A stretch of 52,975 nucleotides of DNA from an uncultured Erysipelotrichaceae bacterium (GCA_964456095.1 CAYVZF010000001.1:4889-57863), one strand, 5' to 3'; shown: positions 36,114 through 46,621, counted from the first letter of the stretch. Translations and numbers: made by a program. Notes: generated by a model from the sequence alone, not told the origin.

Positions 36114-38126
36114 TTAAATATCTAAGTTCTTAACGAACTTTGCATTTTCCCTAATAAAATCTTTTCTTGGTTCAACTCTTTCGCCCATTAATTCATCAAA
36201 TATTTGATCAGCTTCAATCGCGTCAGACATTTTTACTCTTATCATTTTTCTTTGTTCAGGATCCATTGTTGTTTCCCATAATTGTTCTGCATCCATTTCA
36301 CCAAGACCTTTATAACGTTGTATTTTTAATCTAGATGCAATTTGAGGTCCTAATTTTTTCTTTAAAGCTTCAAGTTGTTCATCATTATAACAGTAATAAT
36401 CTCTGTTACCTCTACTTGCTTTATAAAGTGGTGGTTGAGCTATATAAACAAATCCATTTTCAATGAGTGGTCTCATATATCGATAGAAGAATGTTAATAA
36501 CAAAATTCTAATATGTGATCCATCAACATCAGCATCGGTCATAATTACTACTTTATGATAACGGATCTTTGTAATATCAAAATGTTCACCATTTTTTTCA
36601 TATCCACCGCCGATAGCAATAATCATATTACCGATTTCAGCGTTTTCAAATACTCTTTTCATTTGAGCCTTTTCAACGTTTAATATTTTACCCCTCAATG
36701 GTAAAATCGCTTGTGTTTCTCTATCTCTACCATTTTTTGCAGAACCACCTGCTGAATCTCCCTCAACAATGTAAAGTTCACATTTTGTTGGATCTGTAGA
36801 AGCACAGTCCGCTAATTTACCAGGCAAAGAAGTAAGTTCTAATCCAGAGCCTTTTCTAACTGTTTCACGTGCCTTTTTAGCGGCAAGTCTTGCATTTGAA
36901 GCTAAATTAATTTTATTCATAATTAATTTTGCTACATTTGGATTTTCTTGTAAGAATCTATCTAATTGACTAGAGAATACACTCGATACGATTTTTCTAA
37001 CTTCTGAATTACCTAACTTACCTTTTGTTTGTCCTTCATATTGAGGATTAGGGTGTTTAATAGATATAATCGCAGTTATTCCTTCAAGAGTATCATCTTG
37101 TGTATAATTATCATCATTTTCTTTTAAAAATTTATTATTTTTAGCATATGCATTAAGAACTCTTGTTAAAGCCATACGGAATCCTTCTTCATGAGTTCCT
37201 CCATCTGCAGTACGAATATTATTACAGAATGAATAAATATTCGCGGTATATGTATCGTTATATTGTAAAGCTATTTCAACAACAACATCTTGTTCTTTAC
37301 CTTCACAATAAATTACCTCTTCACTCATAGCAATTTTATTTTTATTAAGATATTGAACATATTCTTTAACTCCACCTTTATAGCAGAATTCATCTTTAGA
37401 GCCAGGTAAAACACCTTCTTGAACACTCATAACTTTTCTATGGTCTTCAGTAATAATTCTAACACCTTTATTTAAGAAAGCCATTTGGCGAATTCTATCT
37501 CTAATAGTATTATAGTTAAAAGTTACTGTATCTTGGAATATAGTTGGATCTGGTTGAAAAGTAACGATTGTTCCTGTTGTATCAGTATCACCTATTCTTT
37601 TTAATGGTATAGCGACATTTCCACCATTTTCAAATCTTATTACGTGGATACCACCTTCTTTATGAACTTCAACTTCTACCCATGTTGATAACGCATTAAC
37701 AACAGATGCACCAACGCCATGAAGTCCACCAGATACTTTGTATCCTCCACCTTCACCAAATTTACCACCTGCGTGAAGAACTGTATATACTGTTTCAACC
37801 GCACTTTTACCTGTTTTTTCTACAACACCAACTGGAATACCACGTCCATTATCTTTTACAGTACATGAACCATCTTCATTAATAATTACGTGTATTGTAT
37901 CACAATAACCCGCCAAAGCTTCATCAATCGCGTTATCAACAATTTCCCATACACAATGATGAAGACCATCAAATGATGTAGTACCAATATACATACCAGG
38001 TCTTTTTCTAACAGCTTCTAATCCTTCAAGTACTTGAATATTCTTTTCAGTATATTCAGCATCAGCTTTTTCTTCTTCAGGAATTAGATTTTGCGTTTCT
38101 TTTTCTAAAACTTCTTTTTCATCCAT
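36114..38126 (-). CDS. gyrB: DNA gyrase subunit B
   Basis: 670 aa. GHKL ATPase EIVDNAIDE, Toprim [11 protein letters not shown], and [12 protein letters not shown]. Confidence 0.97.
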   Translation of the reverse strand: MDEKEVLEKETQNLIPEEEKADAEYTEKNIQVLEGLEAVRKRPGMYIGTTSFDGLHHCVWEIVDNAIDEALAGYCDTIHVIINEDGSCTVKDNGRGIPVGVVEKTGKSAVETVYTVLHAGGKFGEGGGYKVSGGLHGVGASVVNALSTWVEVEVHKEGGIHVIRFENGGNVAIPLKRIGDTDTTGTIVTFQPDPTIFQDTVTFNYNTIRDRIRQMAFLNKGVRIITEDHRKVMSVQEGVLPGSKDEFCYKGGVKEYVQYLNKNKIAMSEEVIYCEGKEQDVVVEIALQYNDTYTANIYSFCNNIRTADGGTHEEGFRMALTRVLNAYAKNNKFLKENDDNYTQDDTLEGITAIISIKHPNPQYEGQTKGKLGNSEVRKIVSSVFSSQLDRFLQENPNVAKLIMNKINLASNARLAAKKARETVRKGSGLELTSLPGKLADCASTDPTKCELYIVEGDSAGGSAKNGRDRETQAILPLRGKILNVEKAQMKRVFENAEIGNMIIAIGGGYEKNGEHFDITKIRYHKVVIMTDADVDGSHIRILLLTFFYRYMRPLIENGFVYIAQPPLYKASRGNRDYYCYNDEQLEALKKKLGPQIASRLKIQRYKGLGEMDAEQLWETTMDPEQRKMIRVKMSDAIEADQIFDELMGERVEPRKDFIRENAKFVKNLDI

Positions 38127-39208
38127 TTTTCGTTCCTCCTAATAGAATGATTCGAAACAATAAATTCAGTGTCAACATCTATTGTTGCAGGGATTTCTGT
38201 TCCAGTAATGAAAGACTGTGAATAGTCTTTCAAAACACTTCCTAATAATCTTTGATGATTTTCATCAAGTTCAGATAAAACATCATCTAGTAATAAAATT
38301 GGTTCTTCTAAAAATTTTTCTTTAATCAAATCCGCTAAAGCGATTTTTAAAATTAAAGTTGCTATTCTATTTTGCCCTTGTGAACCAGTAAGAGCTATAT
38401 TAGTTCCTTTATAAAAAAATTCTACGTCTTCATGATGTATACCTTTAGAAGTGTTTTTTCTAGATAAATCAGTAGAATAACTTTCTTCTAATTGTTGAAG
38501 AATATTTTTTATACATTTTTCTTTATTTACATCATAAGGAACTGTACTTAAATAAGATAAATTTACTTCAGTATTATTAATATTAAATTTCTCATATAGT
38601 TTTTTTATAGAGTTATTTAATTCATTAATAAACTTATATCTCATTTTTATAATTTCAAATTCTAAAGGCGCTAATTGTTCATCAATAACCTTTAATAAAG
38701 TGAAATCAACATCTTGTTTTAATAAAGAATTTCTTTCTTTAATTAATTTTTTATATATACTTATACAAGATAAATAAGCAGGAGATAACATAGAAAGAGA
38801 ACTATCAATAAACTTTCTTCTTCTTACAGAACTTTCTTTATAGAAACTAACATCTTTAGGAGAAAAAGTTATTACATATACATTCCCTGACATTTCTGAT
38901 AATCTTTTAATTTCATTATTATTAATTAAAATCTTTTTTCCTTGTTCAGAAATAACAATTTCTATTTCTAAATTATTTTTTCTTTCGATAATAGAATTAA
39001 TTTTTGAAAATTTTTTATTTATTCTTACACATTCTTTTTCATTAGAAGTAACAAACGACTTTCCAAGTGACAATAAAGATATTGCTTCCAGAATATTGGT
39101 TTTTCCTTCACCATTTAATCCTGATAAAAAATTAATTCCTTTATCAAAACAAATATTTAATTCTTCATAATTTCTGAAATTTTTTAATTTTAGTAATTTT
39201 ATAAACAT
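38105..39208 (-). CDS. recF: DNA replication and repair protein RecF
   Basis: 367 aa. Walker [15 protein letters not shown], signature-like SQGQNR and Walker B LLLDDV. Confidence 0.9.
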   Translation of the reverse strand: MFIKLLKLKNFRNYEELNICFDKGINFLSGLNGEGKTNILEAISLLSLGKSFVTSNEKECVRINKKFSKINSIIERKNNLEIEIVISEQGKKILINNNEIKRLSEMSGNVYVITFSPKDVSFYKESSVRRRKFIDSSLSMLSPAYLSCISIYKKLIKERNSLLKQDVDFTLLKVIDEQLAPLEFEIIKMRYKFINELNNSIKKLYEKFNINNTEVNLSYLSTVPYDVNKEKCIKNILQQLEESYSTDLSRKNTSKGIHHEDVEFFYKGTNIALTGSQGQNRIATLILKIALADLIKEKFLEEPILLLDDVLSELDENHQRLLGSVLKDYSQSFITGTEIPATIDVDTEFIVSNHSIRRNEKWMKKKF

Positions 39209-39211
39209 AAA

Positions 39212-39421
39212 CTACTCAATTATAAATTCACGATTATCAATTTTAACAATATCACCAGGTCTTATTTTTCTACCTCTTCTTTTATCAATCTCATTGTTAA
39301 TTAAAATATTAACATCTGTCGAAAGAAAATACTTTGCTTCTCCACCTGTAGAAATGAAATCAGCAAGTTTTAAAAATTGACCAAGAGTGATATATTCAGT
39401 TGTAATTTTAATTTTTTCCAT
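39212..39421 (-). CDS. yaaA: S4-domain RNA-binding protein YaaA
   Basis: 69 aa. The S4-like sequence ITLGQFLKLADFISTGGEAK...NNEIDKRRGRKIRPGD sits in the canonical position upstream of recF. Confidence 0.8.
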   Translation of the reverse strand: MEKIKITTEYITLGQFLKLADFISTGGEAKYFLSTDVNILINNEIDKRRGRKIRPGDIVKIDNREFIIE

Positions 39422-39454
39422 ATACTCTCCATGTCAAAAAAATTGACTAATCTA

Positions 39455-39483
39455 ATTTTAGCATAGAAGTTAAAAAAATTCAA
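39455..39483 (-). promoter_or_regulatory. sigma-70-type promoter of yaaA-recF-gyrBA
   Basis: On the minus strand: TTGAAT (39478-39483), a 17-nt spacer, then TAAAAT (39455-39460). A GGAGAG RBS precedes the yaaA ATG. Confidence 0.5.
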
Positions 39484-39696
39484 ATATTTATATAACTTTA
39501 GTTATATAAGAATCAAAATTTTATTAACCAAAATTATTATTAAAATAGCGTATAAAATAAAGTTGATTTATTGAAATTCAAGAAATATTAGATAATTATT
39601 ATTATGTAGTTATTAAATTATTAGAAAATCTTTTATATGCAAAAACAAAATAGTATTTTATATACTAATTAGCATCATCATAAAAACATTGTTTTT

Positions 39697-42600
39697 CTAT
39701 AATTTTTCATAAAATTCAATAACACTTTTTGAAACTTTTAAACTATCTTTATCTAATTTATTATACAGATATAAATTTTTAACATCTGTTATTCTTGATA
39801 AAGCAACATAAATTTGTCCACTCTCCCATCCACATGGATCTAAATTAGCTCTTTCAAAAGTTTGTCCTTGACTTTTATGAATAGTAATTGCATACGCAAG
39901 TTTTACAGGAATTTGTATAATTACACCTATTTTATTTTGAGTTATTGTTCCATTTTCATTTAAAATCGGTTCATCAACATATGTAAACGGGTTTTCATAT
40001 ATTCTTACAATTTCATTTTGTTTATCAATAAATACATCGATGTAATTATTACCACATGTAACAACAGTTCCTAAACTACCATTTTGATATCTTAAATTAC
40101 TATCATTACAAAGCATCATTACTCTACATCCTGGTTTTAGAATAATTGTATCTTCTATGTTTAAATTATTAGAAATAATTGTATCTTTATCATACTTTGC
40201 TTTATAAATATGCTCTCTAGTTATTAAATTTGTAATATTTTTTAAGTTAATATTGTTAACTGTATTATTTTTCGCGTGAATTTCAATAGCATTTTCAAGT
40301 GGTATTTTAGAACAATTATTATTAATATAATCTATTGAATCTTCTATATTAATACCTTTTCTAGCATTATTTAATGCATTAATGAATTCAATATTATTTT
40401 GTCTACATATGTCTTTTAATATAATTTTATTAAAATTAAATTCTTCCCATTTATTTGATTCAAAAGCAAATCCATCTACAAAATTTGAAAAAATCTTTTT
40501 TAGAATACTTTTTTCTGCTTCCGTCATAACAGGTGGTAATTGAAAGAAATCTCCACAGACAATGACTTGTATTGGTTTATTCCTTTCATTTTGACATGCT
40601 TCAATCACTCTCATTATGTAATGAAATATATCTATTCTACACATTGATATTTCATCAATAATTATTGTATCGAAATTTATTATCGTACCCTTATTAATTG
40701 GAAATTTTAACGATATAATACTTGGAATGATAGGTATATTAAAAGCTTTGTGGATAGTAATACCTCTATCATAATTTGCCGCGGCAATACCTGTTGGAGC
40801 GCATATTAAATATGTTTTATTAGTCTTTTTTAAATAATCAATATATTTATTAATCAAAAATGTTTTACCTGTACCAGCTTCTCCAGTTAAAAATACATTT
40901 TGTCCACTTGTTAATATATCAAAATATTTTTTCTTTTCTTCGTTTAATCCTTCAGAGATTTTATTAACTATTTCATTATCTTCAATTATTTTTATATTTT
41001 CAAAATATTGATTGATATTTATACATAATTTTTCAAATTCTTTAACAAATGATGAATTATTTTTGTGTCTTCCTGATAAAATAAACAAATTCTTTTTTGC
41101 TCTTGTAAAAGCGACATATGACAAACGTCTTTCACTTTCATCTAAAGTATCATCGGAAGAAATAAGCTCATAATCAAAAATAATTATATTGTCTGCTTCA
41201 AGACCTTTTGATCCATGTGCAGTCATTAAATGAACACATTCTTCATTATTCCTATCACTTTCAGTTAAAAAATCTAAAACGGCTGACCCTAAAAAATCAT
41301 GAATAGAGTATGTAGAATTTAATTGTTCTTCATCAATGATGTTTTCTATAAATGTAGATAATCTTTTTATTTCACTATTATCTTCAAATTCTTCATCTTT
41401 AAAACAATTTCTTTCTAGTATTTTATATTCACTAATTACAATTTGAATAATCTCTGATACTTTTTTTGATTTTGATAAAATTACTTTTTTTATTATTTCA
41501 TTTGCTGATATAAAACTCTCAATCTTTTTATTATTATGACTTTTAAGAAATTCAATTGGATCAATATTCACATTTAGATATTTTTCAATTTCTTTTTCGT
41601 TTATACCTAAACTTTCTATATTGTTAATGTTATACAAAGTAAACATATTTTGATTAATTGCAAAAGTTAAATAATTAACTATCAAATTAACATTTTCAGT
41701 TATATTTGTTTTTTTACTTGAAGAACTTCTTGAATCAACAAAAGGAATATTGTTTTTGTTCAGTTCTTTTTTTAAATTAGAAAAACAATAATTATTTCTT
41801 GCTATAACAAAAATATCTTTGTAATCAAATTTTAAATTATTATGTAAATGTTCTATTATTCTACAAATATTATAATACTGTTCATTTTTATTAAAAAAAC
41901 TATGATAAACAACATTATCACCTTCGATATTACTGAAACCAACAGATTTTTTTTGTTCAATTCTATTTTTATTATTTTTTATTAATTCATTTGATAAATT
42001 TATTATCCTATTCGTAGACCTATAATTTGTATTCATTATTATTGTTTTTAATTTTGGAAAATCTTTTTCTAAATCTTTAAGCAATATTTTCGGATTTGCA
42101 CCAATGAATTCATATATTGATTGATCAGGATCTCCAACAACAAATAAATTTTTATGATAAGAAGATAGAATTTTCATTATTTCATATGTTTCTGGAGTAG
42201 TGTCTTGAAATTCATCTACCATAACATATTTAAATTTTTTTTGTTCTTGAATTCTAATACTTTCATAATTATTTAATATATATAATGCTCCAAAAATTAG
42301 ATCATCAAAAAATAAAGCATTATTATTTCTGCATATTTCTAATATCTCATCTGCCCATTTATAACCTCTACCAAATGAAAACCGATCTATTTTACCAAAT
42401 ACATATTCAATATATGATTTATTACGATGCTTTAAATTTGAAATAATTTTTTTTAAATCACTTGCTTTATCAAGACTTTTCTTATTGTTTTTTTTAGATA
42501 TTTTTTCTAATAAAATACTTTCAGCATTATCATCAAATATTGTATATTCTTTATTTACTTTAGCATTTATTTTATCAATATTTTCATGTAAAAACTTATT

Positions 42601-42873
42601 ACAATATGAATGTATTGTAGATATATAACGGAAATCATTATTGCTATTTACTAGTTTAATAATTCTTTTTTTCATTTCATTTGCGGCTTTATTTGTATAT
42701 GTAATGCATAGAATATTATCACTTGATATATTTACATTTTCCAATAAATATGCATATCTATACGTTAAAGTCCTTGTTTTACCACTTCCAGGTGAAGCGA
42801 TGACTCGTATATAATGATCGCTTGCTAAAACAGCTTCTTTTTGCTCATTATTTAATTTTGTTAAATCAATCAT
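39697..42873 (-). CDS. dual helicase: N-terminal UvrD/Rep-type SF1A fused to C-terminal Pif1/RecD-type SF1B
   Basis: 1058 aa. N-terminal half: ASPGSGKTRT, YTNKAANEM, VMVDEFQDT, VVGDPDQSIYEF, NYRS, LMTAHGSKGLEADNIIIF and VAFTRAKKNLFIL. C-terminal half, starting at about aa 660: LTGEAGTGKTF, CAPTGIAAAN, IIIDEISM, VCGDFFQLPPV, GCRVMMLCND, AITIHKSQGQTF and YVALSRI. GGAAGGAAAG RBS. Confidence 0.8.
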   Translation of the reverse strand: MIDLTKLNNEQKEAVLASDHYIRVIASPGSGKTRTLTYRYAYLLENVNISSDNILCITYTNKAANEMKKRIIKLVNSNNDFRYISTIHSYCNKFLHENIDKINAKVNKEYTIFDDNAESILLEKISKKNNKKSLDKASDLKKIISNLKHRNKSYIEYVFGKIDRFSFGRGYKWADEILEICRNNNALFFDDLIFGALYILNNYESIRIQEQKKFKYVMVDEFQDTTPETYEIMKILSSYHKNLFVVGDPDQSIYEFIGANPKILLKDLEKDFPKLKTIIMNTNYRSTNRIINLSNELIKNNKNRIEQKKSVGFSNIEGDNVVYHSFFNKNEQYYNICRIIEHLHNNLKFDYKDIFVIARNNYCFSNLKKELNKNNIPFVDSRSSSSKKTNITENVNLIVNYLTFAINQNMFTLYNINNIESLGINEKEIEKYLNVNIDPIEFLKSHNNKKIESFISANEIIKKVILSKSKKVSEIIQIVISEYKILERNCFKDEEFEDNSEIKRLSTFIENIIDEEQLNSTYSIHDFLGSAVLDFLTESDRNNEECVHLMTAHGSKGLEADNIIIFDYELISSDDTLDESERRLSYVAFTRAKKNLFILSGRHKNNSSFVKEFEKLCININQYFENIKIIEDNEIVNKISEGLNEEKKKYFDILTSGQNVFLTGEAGTGKTFLINKYIDYLKKTNKTYLICAPTGIAAANYDRGITIHKAFNIPIIPSIISLKFPINKGTIINFDTIIIDEISMCRIDIFHYIMRVIEACQNERNKPIQVIVCGDFFQLPPVMTEAEKSILKKIFSNFVDGFAFESNKWEEFNFNKIILKDICRQNNIEFINALNNARKGINIEDSIDYINNNCSKIPLENAIEIHAKNNTVNNINLKNITNLITREHIYKAKYDKDTIISNNLNIEDTIILKPGCRVMMLCNDSNLRYQNGSLGTVVTCGNNYIDVFIDKQNEIVRIYENPFTYVDEPILNENGTITQNKIGVIIQIPVKLAYAITIHKSQGQTFERANLDPCGWESGQIYVALSRITDVKNLYLYNKLDKDSLKVSKSVIEFYEKL

Positions 42874-42900
42874 TAAAACTTTCCTTCCATGTTTTTAATA

Positions 42901-42936
42901 ATAAAAAAAGGATAAAACTATATAAGTAATACCCTT
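42901..42936 (-). terminator. intrinsic terminator after dnaN
   Basis: On the minus strand, AAGGGTA - 14-nt loop - TATCCTT (7-bp stem with one G-U pair) is followed by T7. It lies between the dnaN stop and the helicase RBS. Confidence 0.5.
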
Positions 42937-42947
42937 AATAACATTTA

Positions 42948-44069
42948 TCAATAATAAGAACGAACAGGAGTAACTATTTGAACGATATCATTAGAATTAG
43001 GAGATGTTACTCTAAAAGCAGACATTTCACCTGCAAAAGATAATATAACATCATCACATTGACATGCTTTAATAGCGTCTGTAACATAATTAACATTAAA
43101 TGAAATATCAAATCTATTTCCAGCATAACGGAAATCATTAATCTTTTCATTTGCAGAACCGATTTGATCGGATTTTGATGATATTTCAATTTCATTTTCT
43201 GTTAATGATAATTTAACAATATTTTCTCTTTCAATAGCTAGTAATGAAACACGTGATATCGCAGAAATAAATTTTTCTGAACTTATTTGTAAAACATATG
43301 GATATGAATCAGGAATCATTCTACTTGTTTTAGGGAAATCACCATTAACTAATCTAGAATAAATTTTAGTATTTTGATATGTAAAGACAATTTTTCTTTC
43401 AGAAATTGTCATAGATACATCTCCATCTTCAACTAATTTAGCAACTTCAACCATTGTTTTAGTAGGAATATTAGCTTCAAAATTATGTGGTTCATTTGTT
43501 TGATATATTTTTTTAGATAATCTAAATGAATCAGTTGCAACAAATTCCATTGAGCAATCATTAGCTTTAACATTTATTGCAGTTAATACAGGTCTAACTT
43601 CTTTTGTTGATGCAGCAAAAGCAGTTTGAGAAACGATTTTTTTGAAATCATTTGAATTAAAAGTAACTGTATCACCAGAAATCTCTAAATCTAAATCAGG
43701 ATAATCTTCAACTCTCATAGAATTTAATTTAAAATCAGATTTTTCATCACTAATTTTACATAATACAGAATCAATTATTTCAATTGTTACATAACTACCT
43801 TCTAATTTTCTTATAATTTCTAACAAGAATTTAGATGATATTAATGTAGCGCCTTTTTCATATGAAGAAATAATATATTTATCATCTTCTTTAATAGGAA
43901 TTATTGAAACTATTGTTAAATCATTATTAGAACCTGTTATAGATAATGATTCATCATTCATTTCAAATTTATAATTTAAATATGCTGGAGTAGGTGATTT
44001 TTGTCCTATTGCAATACCTACAATATTTAAGACTTTTAATAAACGAAGTCTATCGATAGTAATTTTCAT
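42948..44069 (-). CDS. dnaN: DNA polymerase III beta sliding clamp
   Basis: 373 aa. Three-domain clamp-like sequence, immediately downstream of dnaA. Confidence 0.92.
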   Translation of the reverse strand: MKITIDRLRLLKVLNIVGIAIGQKSPTPAYLNYKFEMNDESLSITGSNNDLTIVSIIPIKEDDKYIISSYEKGATLISSKFLLEIIRKLEGSYVTIEIIDSVLCKISDEKSDFKLNSMRVEDYPDLDLEISGDTVTFNSNDFKKIVSQTAFAASTKEVRPVLTAINVKANDCSMEFVATDSFRLSKKIYQTNEPHNFEANIPTKTMVEVAKLVEDGDVSMTISERKIVFTYQNTKIYSRLVNGDFPKTSRMIPDSYPYVLQISSEKFISAISRVSLLAIERENIVKLSLTENEIEISSKSDQIGSANEKINDFRYAGNRFDISFNVNYVTDAIKACQCDDVILSFAGEMSAFRVTSPNSNDIVQIVTPVRSYY

Positions 44070-44114
44070 AAATATTAATCTCCTTTTAATATATTTTATA
44101 ATAATAATAAGGGC

Positions 44115-44132
44115 TGTGGAAATTGTGGAAAA
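44115..44132. other. oriC part: two tandem DnaA boxes between dnaA and dnaN
   Basis: TGTGGAAAT (44115-44123) and TGTGGAAAA (44124-44132). These are close variants of TGTGGATAA, the complement of TTATCCACA. Confidence 0.6.
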
Positions 44133-44201
44133 CTTATTTTTTTCTTAAAAATTTCACTACATAAATCATACCATAAAAAGTGAAAAAACTACATATATTT
44201 T

Positions 44202-45587
44202 CTACTTTTTTAGCATTTTCTTAATGCTAGAAATAGCACTCATTAATTGTACATCAGTTTTCAACTCTGTTTCCACTTTTATTACCGATGATATAACAGT
44301 GCTGTGATCTCTTCCACCAAATAATGAACCAATTTTTTGATATGGAGTATTTAATAATTCTCTACATAAATACATTGCTATTCTTCTTGCTAGAGCAATT
44401 TGAGAAGTTCTAACTTTGGATGTAATTTGAGAATCTGTCATATTATAATAATCTGCAACTGTTGAAATAATATGTGATTCAGTTAATTCTTGATGTTTTT
44501 TTGTTTTTAAAATAGATGAAACAGATTCTTTTACAGTTTCTAAATCAATTCTATCTAAATGTTTCATATTAATTGTATGAAATATAACTCTATTTAAAGC
44601 ACCTTCGAGTTCACGAACATTTTTTGAAAAATTTTGTGTTAAAAATAATAAACCATCGTAAGTAAAATTATTTATATTTAATTGATTAGCAATAATTTTC
44701 TTTTCTAATATTTTCATTAATGTTTCAGTATCAGGAGAATGCATTTGAACTGATAATCCCATATTAAATCTTGAAACTAATCTATCCTCTAATCCTTGTA
44801 AATCATTTGGATGTCTATCTGAAGTTAGTACTATTTGTTTTCCTGAATTTATTAATTGATTGAATATTGTAAAGAACATTTCACCTGTTGATTTTTTATC
44901 TTTTAATGATTGAATATCATCAATTAATAGTAAATCAATTGTTTTAAAATAATCTTTTAAACTGTCTGTATTTTGATCACCACGGACATATTTAACAAAT
45001 TCATCAATAAAATCATCTGTTGATATATATAATACTTTTTTTGTCGGATTCTTTTCTTGATAATAATTACCAATAGCGTGTAATAAGTGAGTTTTACCAA
45101 GTCCAGGTTTTGAATAAACAAAAAGTGGATTATAAGAATATCCTGGATTTGTAACCACAAGTAAAGCTGCTTGTATAGCTTCTTTATTACATTCACCAGA
45201 AACAAAATTATCAAAATTATATTTAGGATTTAACATACAATGTGCGAAAAAAGAATACTTTTTTGCTTCTTTTTTCTCCAATACTATTTGACTTTGATTA
45301 TATGAATTTTTTTCAGATTCAGTAATAAATTTTAATTCATAATTTGATTCTGTAACTTCATCAATCGCGTTTTTTAATAGTATATATCCAGTTTGATTTT
45401 TTTGTTCTAGAAATGATTTACTCATTATAGAATTAACAACTATTATAAAAGTATTATTATCAATTGAATACAATGAAGTATCTGCGAAGAATGAATCATA
45501 GAAATGTTGATCGTTAATTAATTTTTCTTTAATTCTTTCTAAAACTTGATTCCAAATTTGTTTTTGTTGTGTTAACGAACTTACCAT
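44202..45587 (-). CDS. dnaA: chromosomal replication initiator DnaA
   Basis: 461 aa. AAA+ P-loop GLGKTHLLHAIGN, Walker B LLIDDIQ and the C-terminal DNA-binding signature GGRDHSTV. Confidence 0.97.
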   Translation of the reverse strand: MVSSLTQQKQIWNQVLERIKEKLINDQHFYDSFFADTSLYSIDNNTFIIVVNSIMSKSFLEQKNQTGYILLKNAIDEVTESNYELKFITESEKNSYNQSQIVLEKKEAKKYSFFAHCMLNPKYNFDNFVSGECNKEAIQAALLVVTNPGYSYNPLFVYSKPGLGKTHLLHAIGNYYQEKNPTKKVLYISTDDFIDEFVKYVRGDQNTDSLKDYFKTIDLLLIDDIQSLKDKKSTGEMFFTIFNQLINSGKQIVLTSDRHPNDLQGLEDRLVSRFNMGLSVQMHSPDTETLMKILEKKIIANQLNINNFTYDGLLFLTQNFSKNVRELEGALNRVIFHTINMKHLDRIDLETVKESVSSILKTKKHQELTESHIISTVADYYNMTDSQITSKVRTSQIALARRIAMYLCRELLNTPYQKIGSLFGGRDHSTVISSVIKVETELKTDVQLMSAISSIKKMLKK

Positions 45588-45644
45588 GATTAATACTCCT
45601 TTATATAGTCATATTTCTGACACGAGATTATTCTAGCATATTAT

Positions 45645-45808
45645 TGTGGAAAAAAATAATCTAATATTTCAAAAAAATAAGTTTTCCACAATGACATATT
45701 GTAATAAATAACTAAATGTAGGGCGTTTTCGAAGTTTTCCACAATTTTAAAATGTTGAAATATAGTGGATAACTATGTGGATAAAATTGTTGTGGATTTC
45801 GTGGAAAA
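45645..45808. other. oriC part: DnaA-box cluster upstream of dnaA
   Basis: Eight boxes read by eye. They are TGTGGAAAA (45645), TTTTCCACA (45682 and 45735), AGTGGATAA (45764), the perfect TGTGGATAA (45776), TGTGGATTT (45791) and CGTGGAAAA (45800). AT-rich DNA follows up to the rpmH promoter, and coding strand switches here. Confidence 0.8.
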
Positions 45809-46007
45809 TTAACAACAATTTAATATTTTTTAAACATTAAGTATTGCGCAAATTTAGCCATTTTTTTAATTTTATCAACACAAAAAAAGCACGTTTCAAC
45901 ATATTGTTTAAAAAAATTTATTATTGTCGAAAAAAATAGAAATTTTTATGTAATTAACTAGGTTAAATTCTCTTATAACAAAAATTTCCATCTTTACACT
46001 TTATTTC

Positions 46008-46036
46008 TTGACTAGATGATAAATTATATATATAAT
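46008..46036 (+). promoter_or_regulatory. consensus sigma-70-type promoter of rpmH
   Basis: TTGACT (46008-46013), a 17-nt spacer, then TATAAT (46031-46036). GGAGGTG RBS at 46061-46067. Confidence 0.7.
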
Positions 46037-46075
46037 TTTCACGTATGTTGTATCAAAATCGGAGGTGTATTTTAA

Positions 46076-46210
46076 ATGAAAAGAACGTATCAACCAAGCA
46101 AAAGAAAACATCAAAATGTTTGTGGCTTTAGAGCTCGTATGTCTACACCTAATGGACGTAAAGTTTTAGCTAGAAGACGTTTAAAAGGAAGAAAAACTCT
46201 TTCTGCTTAA
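46076..46210 (+). CDS. rpmH: 50S ribosomal protein L34
   Basis: 44 aa: [44 protein letters not shown]. Too short for the ORF track. Confidence 0.95.
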   Translation: MKRTYQPSKRKHQNVCGFRARMSTPNGRKVLARRRLKGRKTLSA

Positions 46211-46221
46211 GAAATGTTACT

Positions 46222-46252
46222 AACACTAGTGTCCATGACCCTAGTGTTTTTT
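46222..46252 (+). terminator. hairpin/attenuating terminator between rpmH and rnpA
   Basis: AACACTAG - 11-nt loop - CTAGTGTT followed by TTTT. Confidence 0.55.
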
Positions 46253-46270
46253 AAAAAACGGAGGTTTTAA

Positions 46271-46621
46271 ATGAAGGTAGAACTTCGAGTTAAGACAAAA
46301 CAAGAATTTCAAAAAGTAATTAAAGGATCGAAAGTTATAAATTCGACATATGTCCTATATTTTATAAAAAACGAATTCGATCATCCTCGATTTGGAATAT
46401 CAGCTTCAAAAAAACTCGGAAATGCGGTTATCCGTTCCACTGTAAGAAGAAGAGTTAGAGGAATACTACAAATGCTGATAAAAGAAAATGATTTTGCTAA
46501 TTTGGATTATGTTATTATTGTTAGAAAACCATTTTTAGAAAAAGAATTTTCAAATAATAAAAACGAGTTAAATACTTTGTTTCAACTCGCATGGAGGAAA
46601 ATGAATGAAAAAAATAATTAA
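46271..46621 (+). CDS. rnpA: ribonuclease P protein component
   Basis: 116 aa. The RNR-type motif RFGISASKKLGNAVIRSTVRRRVR is present. Canonical position after rpmH. Confidence 0.92.
   Translation: MKVELRVKTKQEFQKVIKGSKVINSTYVLYFIKNEFDHPRFGISASKKLGNAVIRSTVRRRVRGILQMLIKENDFANLDYVIIVRKPFLEKEFSNNKNELNTLFQLAWRKMNEKNN

Noticed and set aside
39422-39696. A second origin-like or mobile-element boundary in the 275-bp spacer after the helicase gene
   Set aside because: I found no DnaA-box-like 9-mers, no direct repeats matching the other flank (42874-42947) and no att-like duplication. Only a promoter and an AT palindrome are visible.
43007-43195. 62-aa ORF on the minus strand
   Set aside because: It lies in an alternative frame inside dnaN.
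44957-45214. 85-aa ORF on the minus strand
   Set aside because: It lies in an alternative frame inside dnaA.
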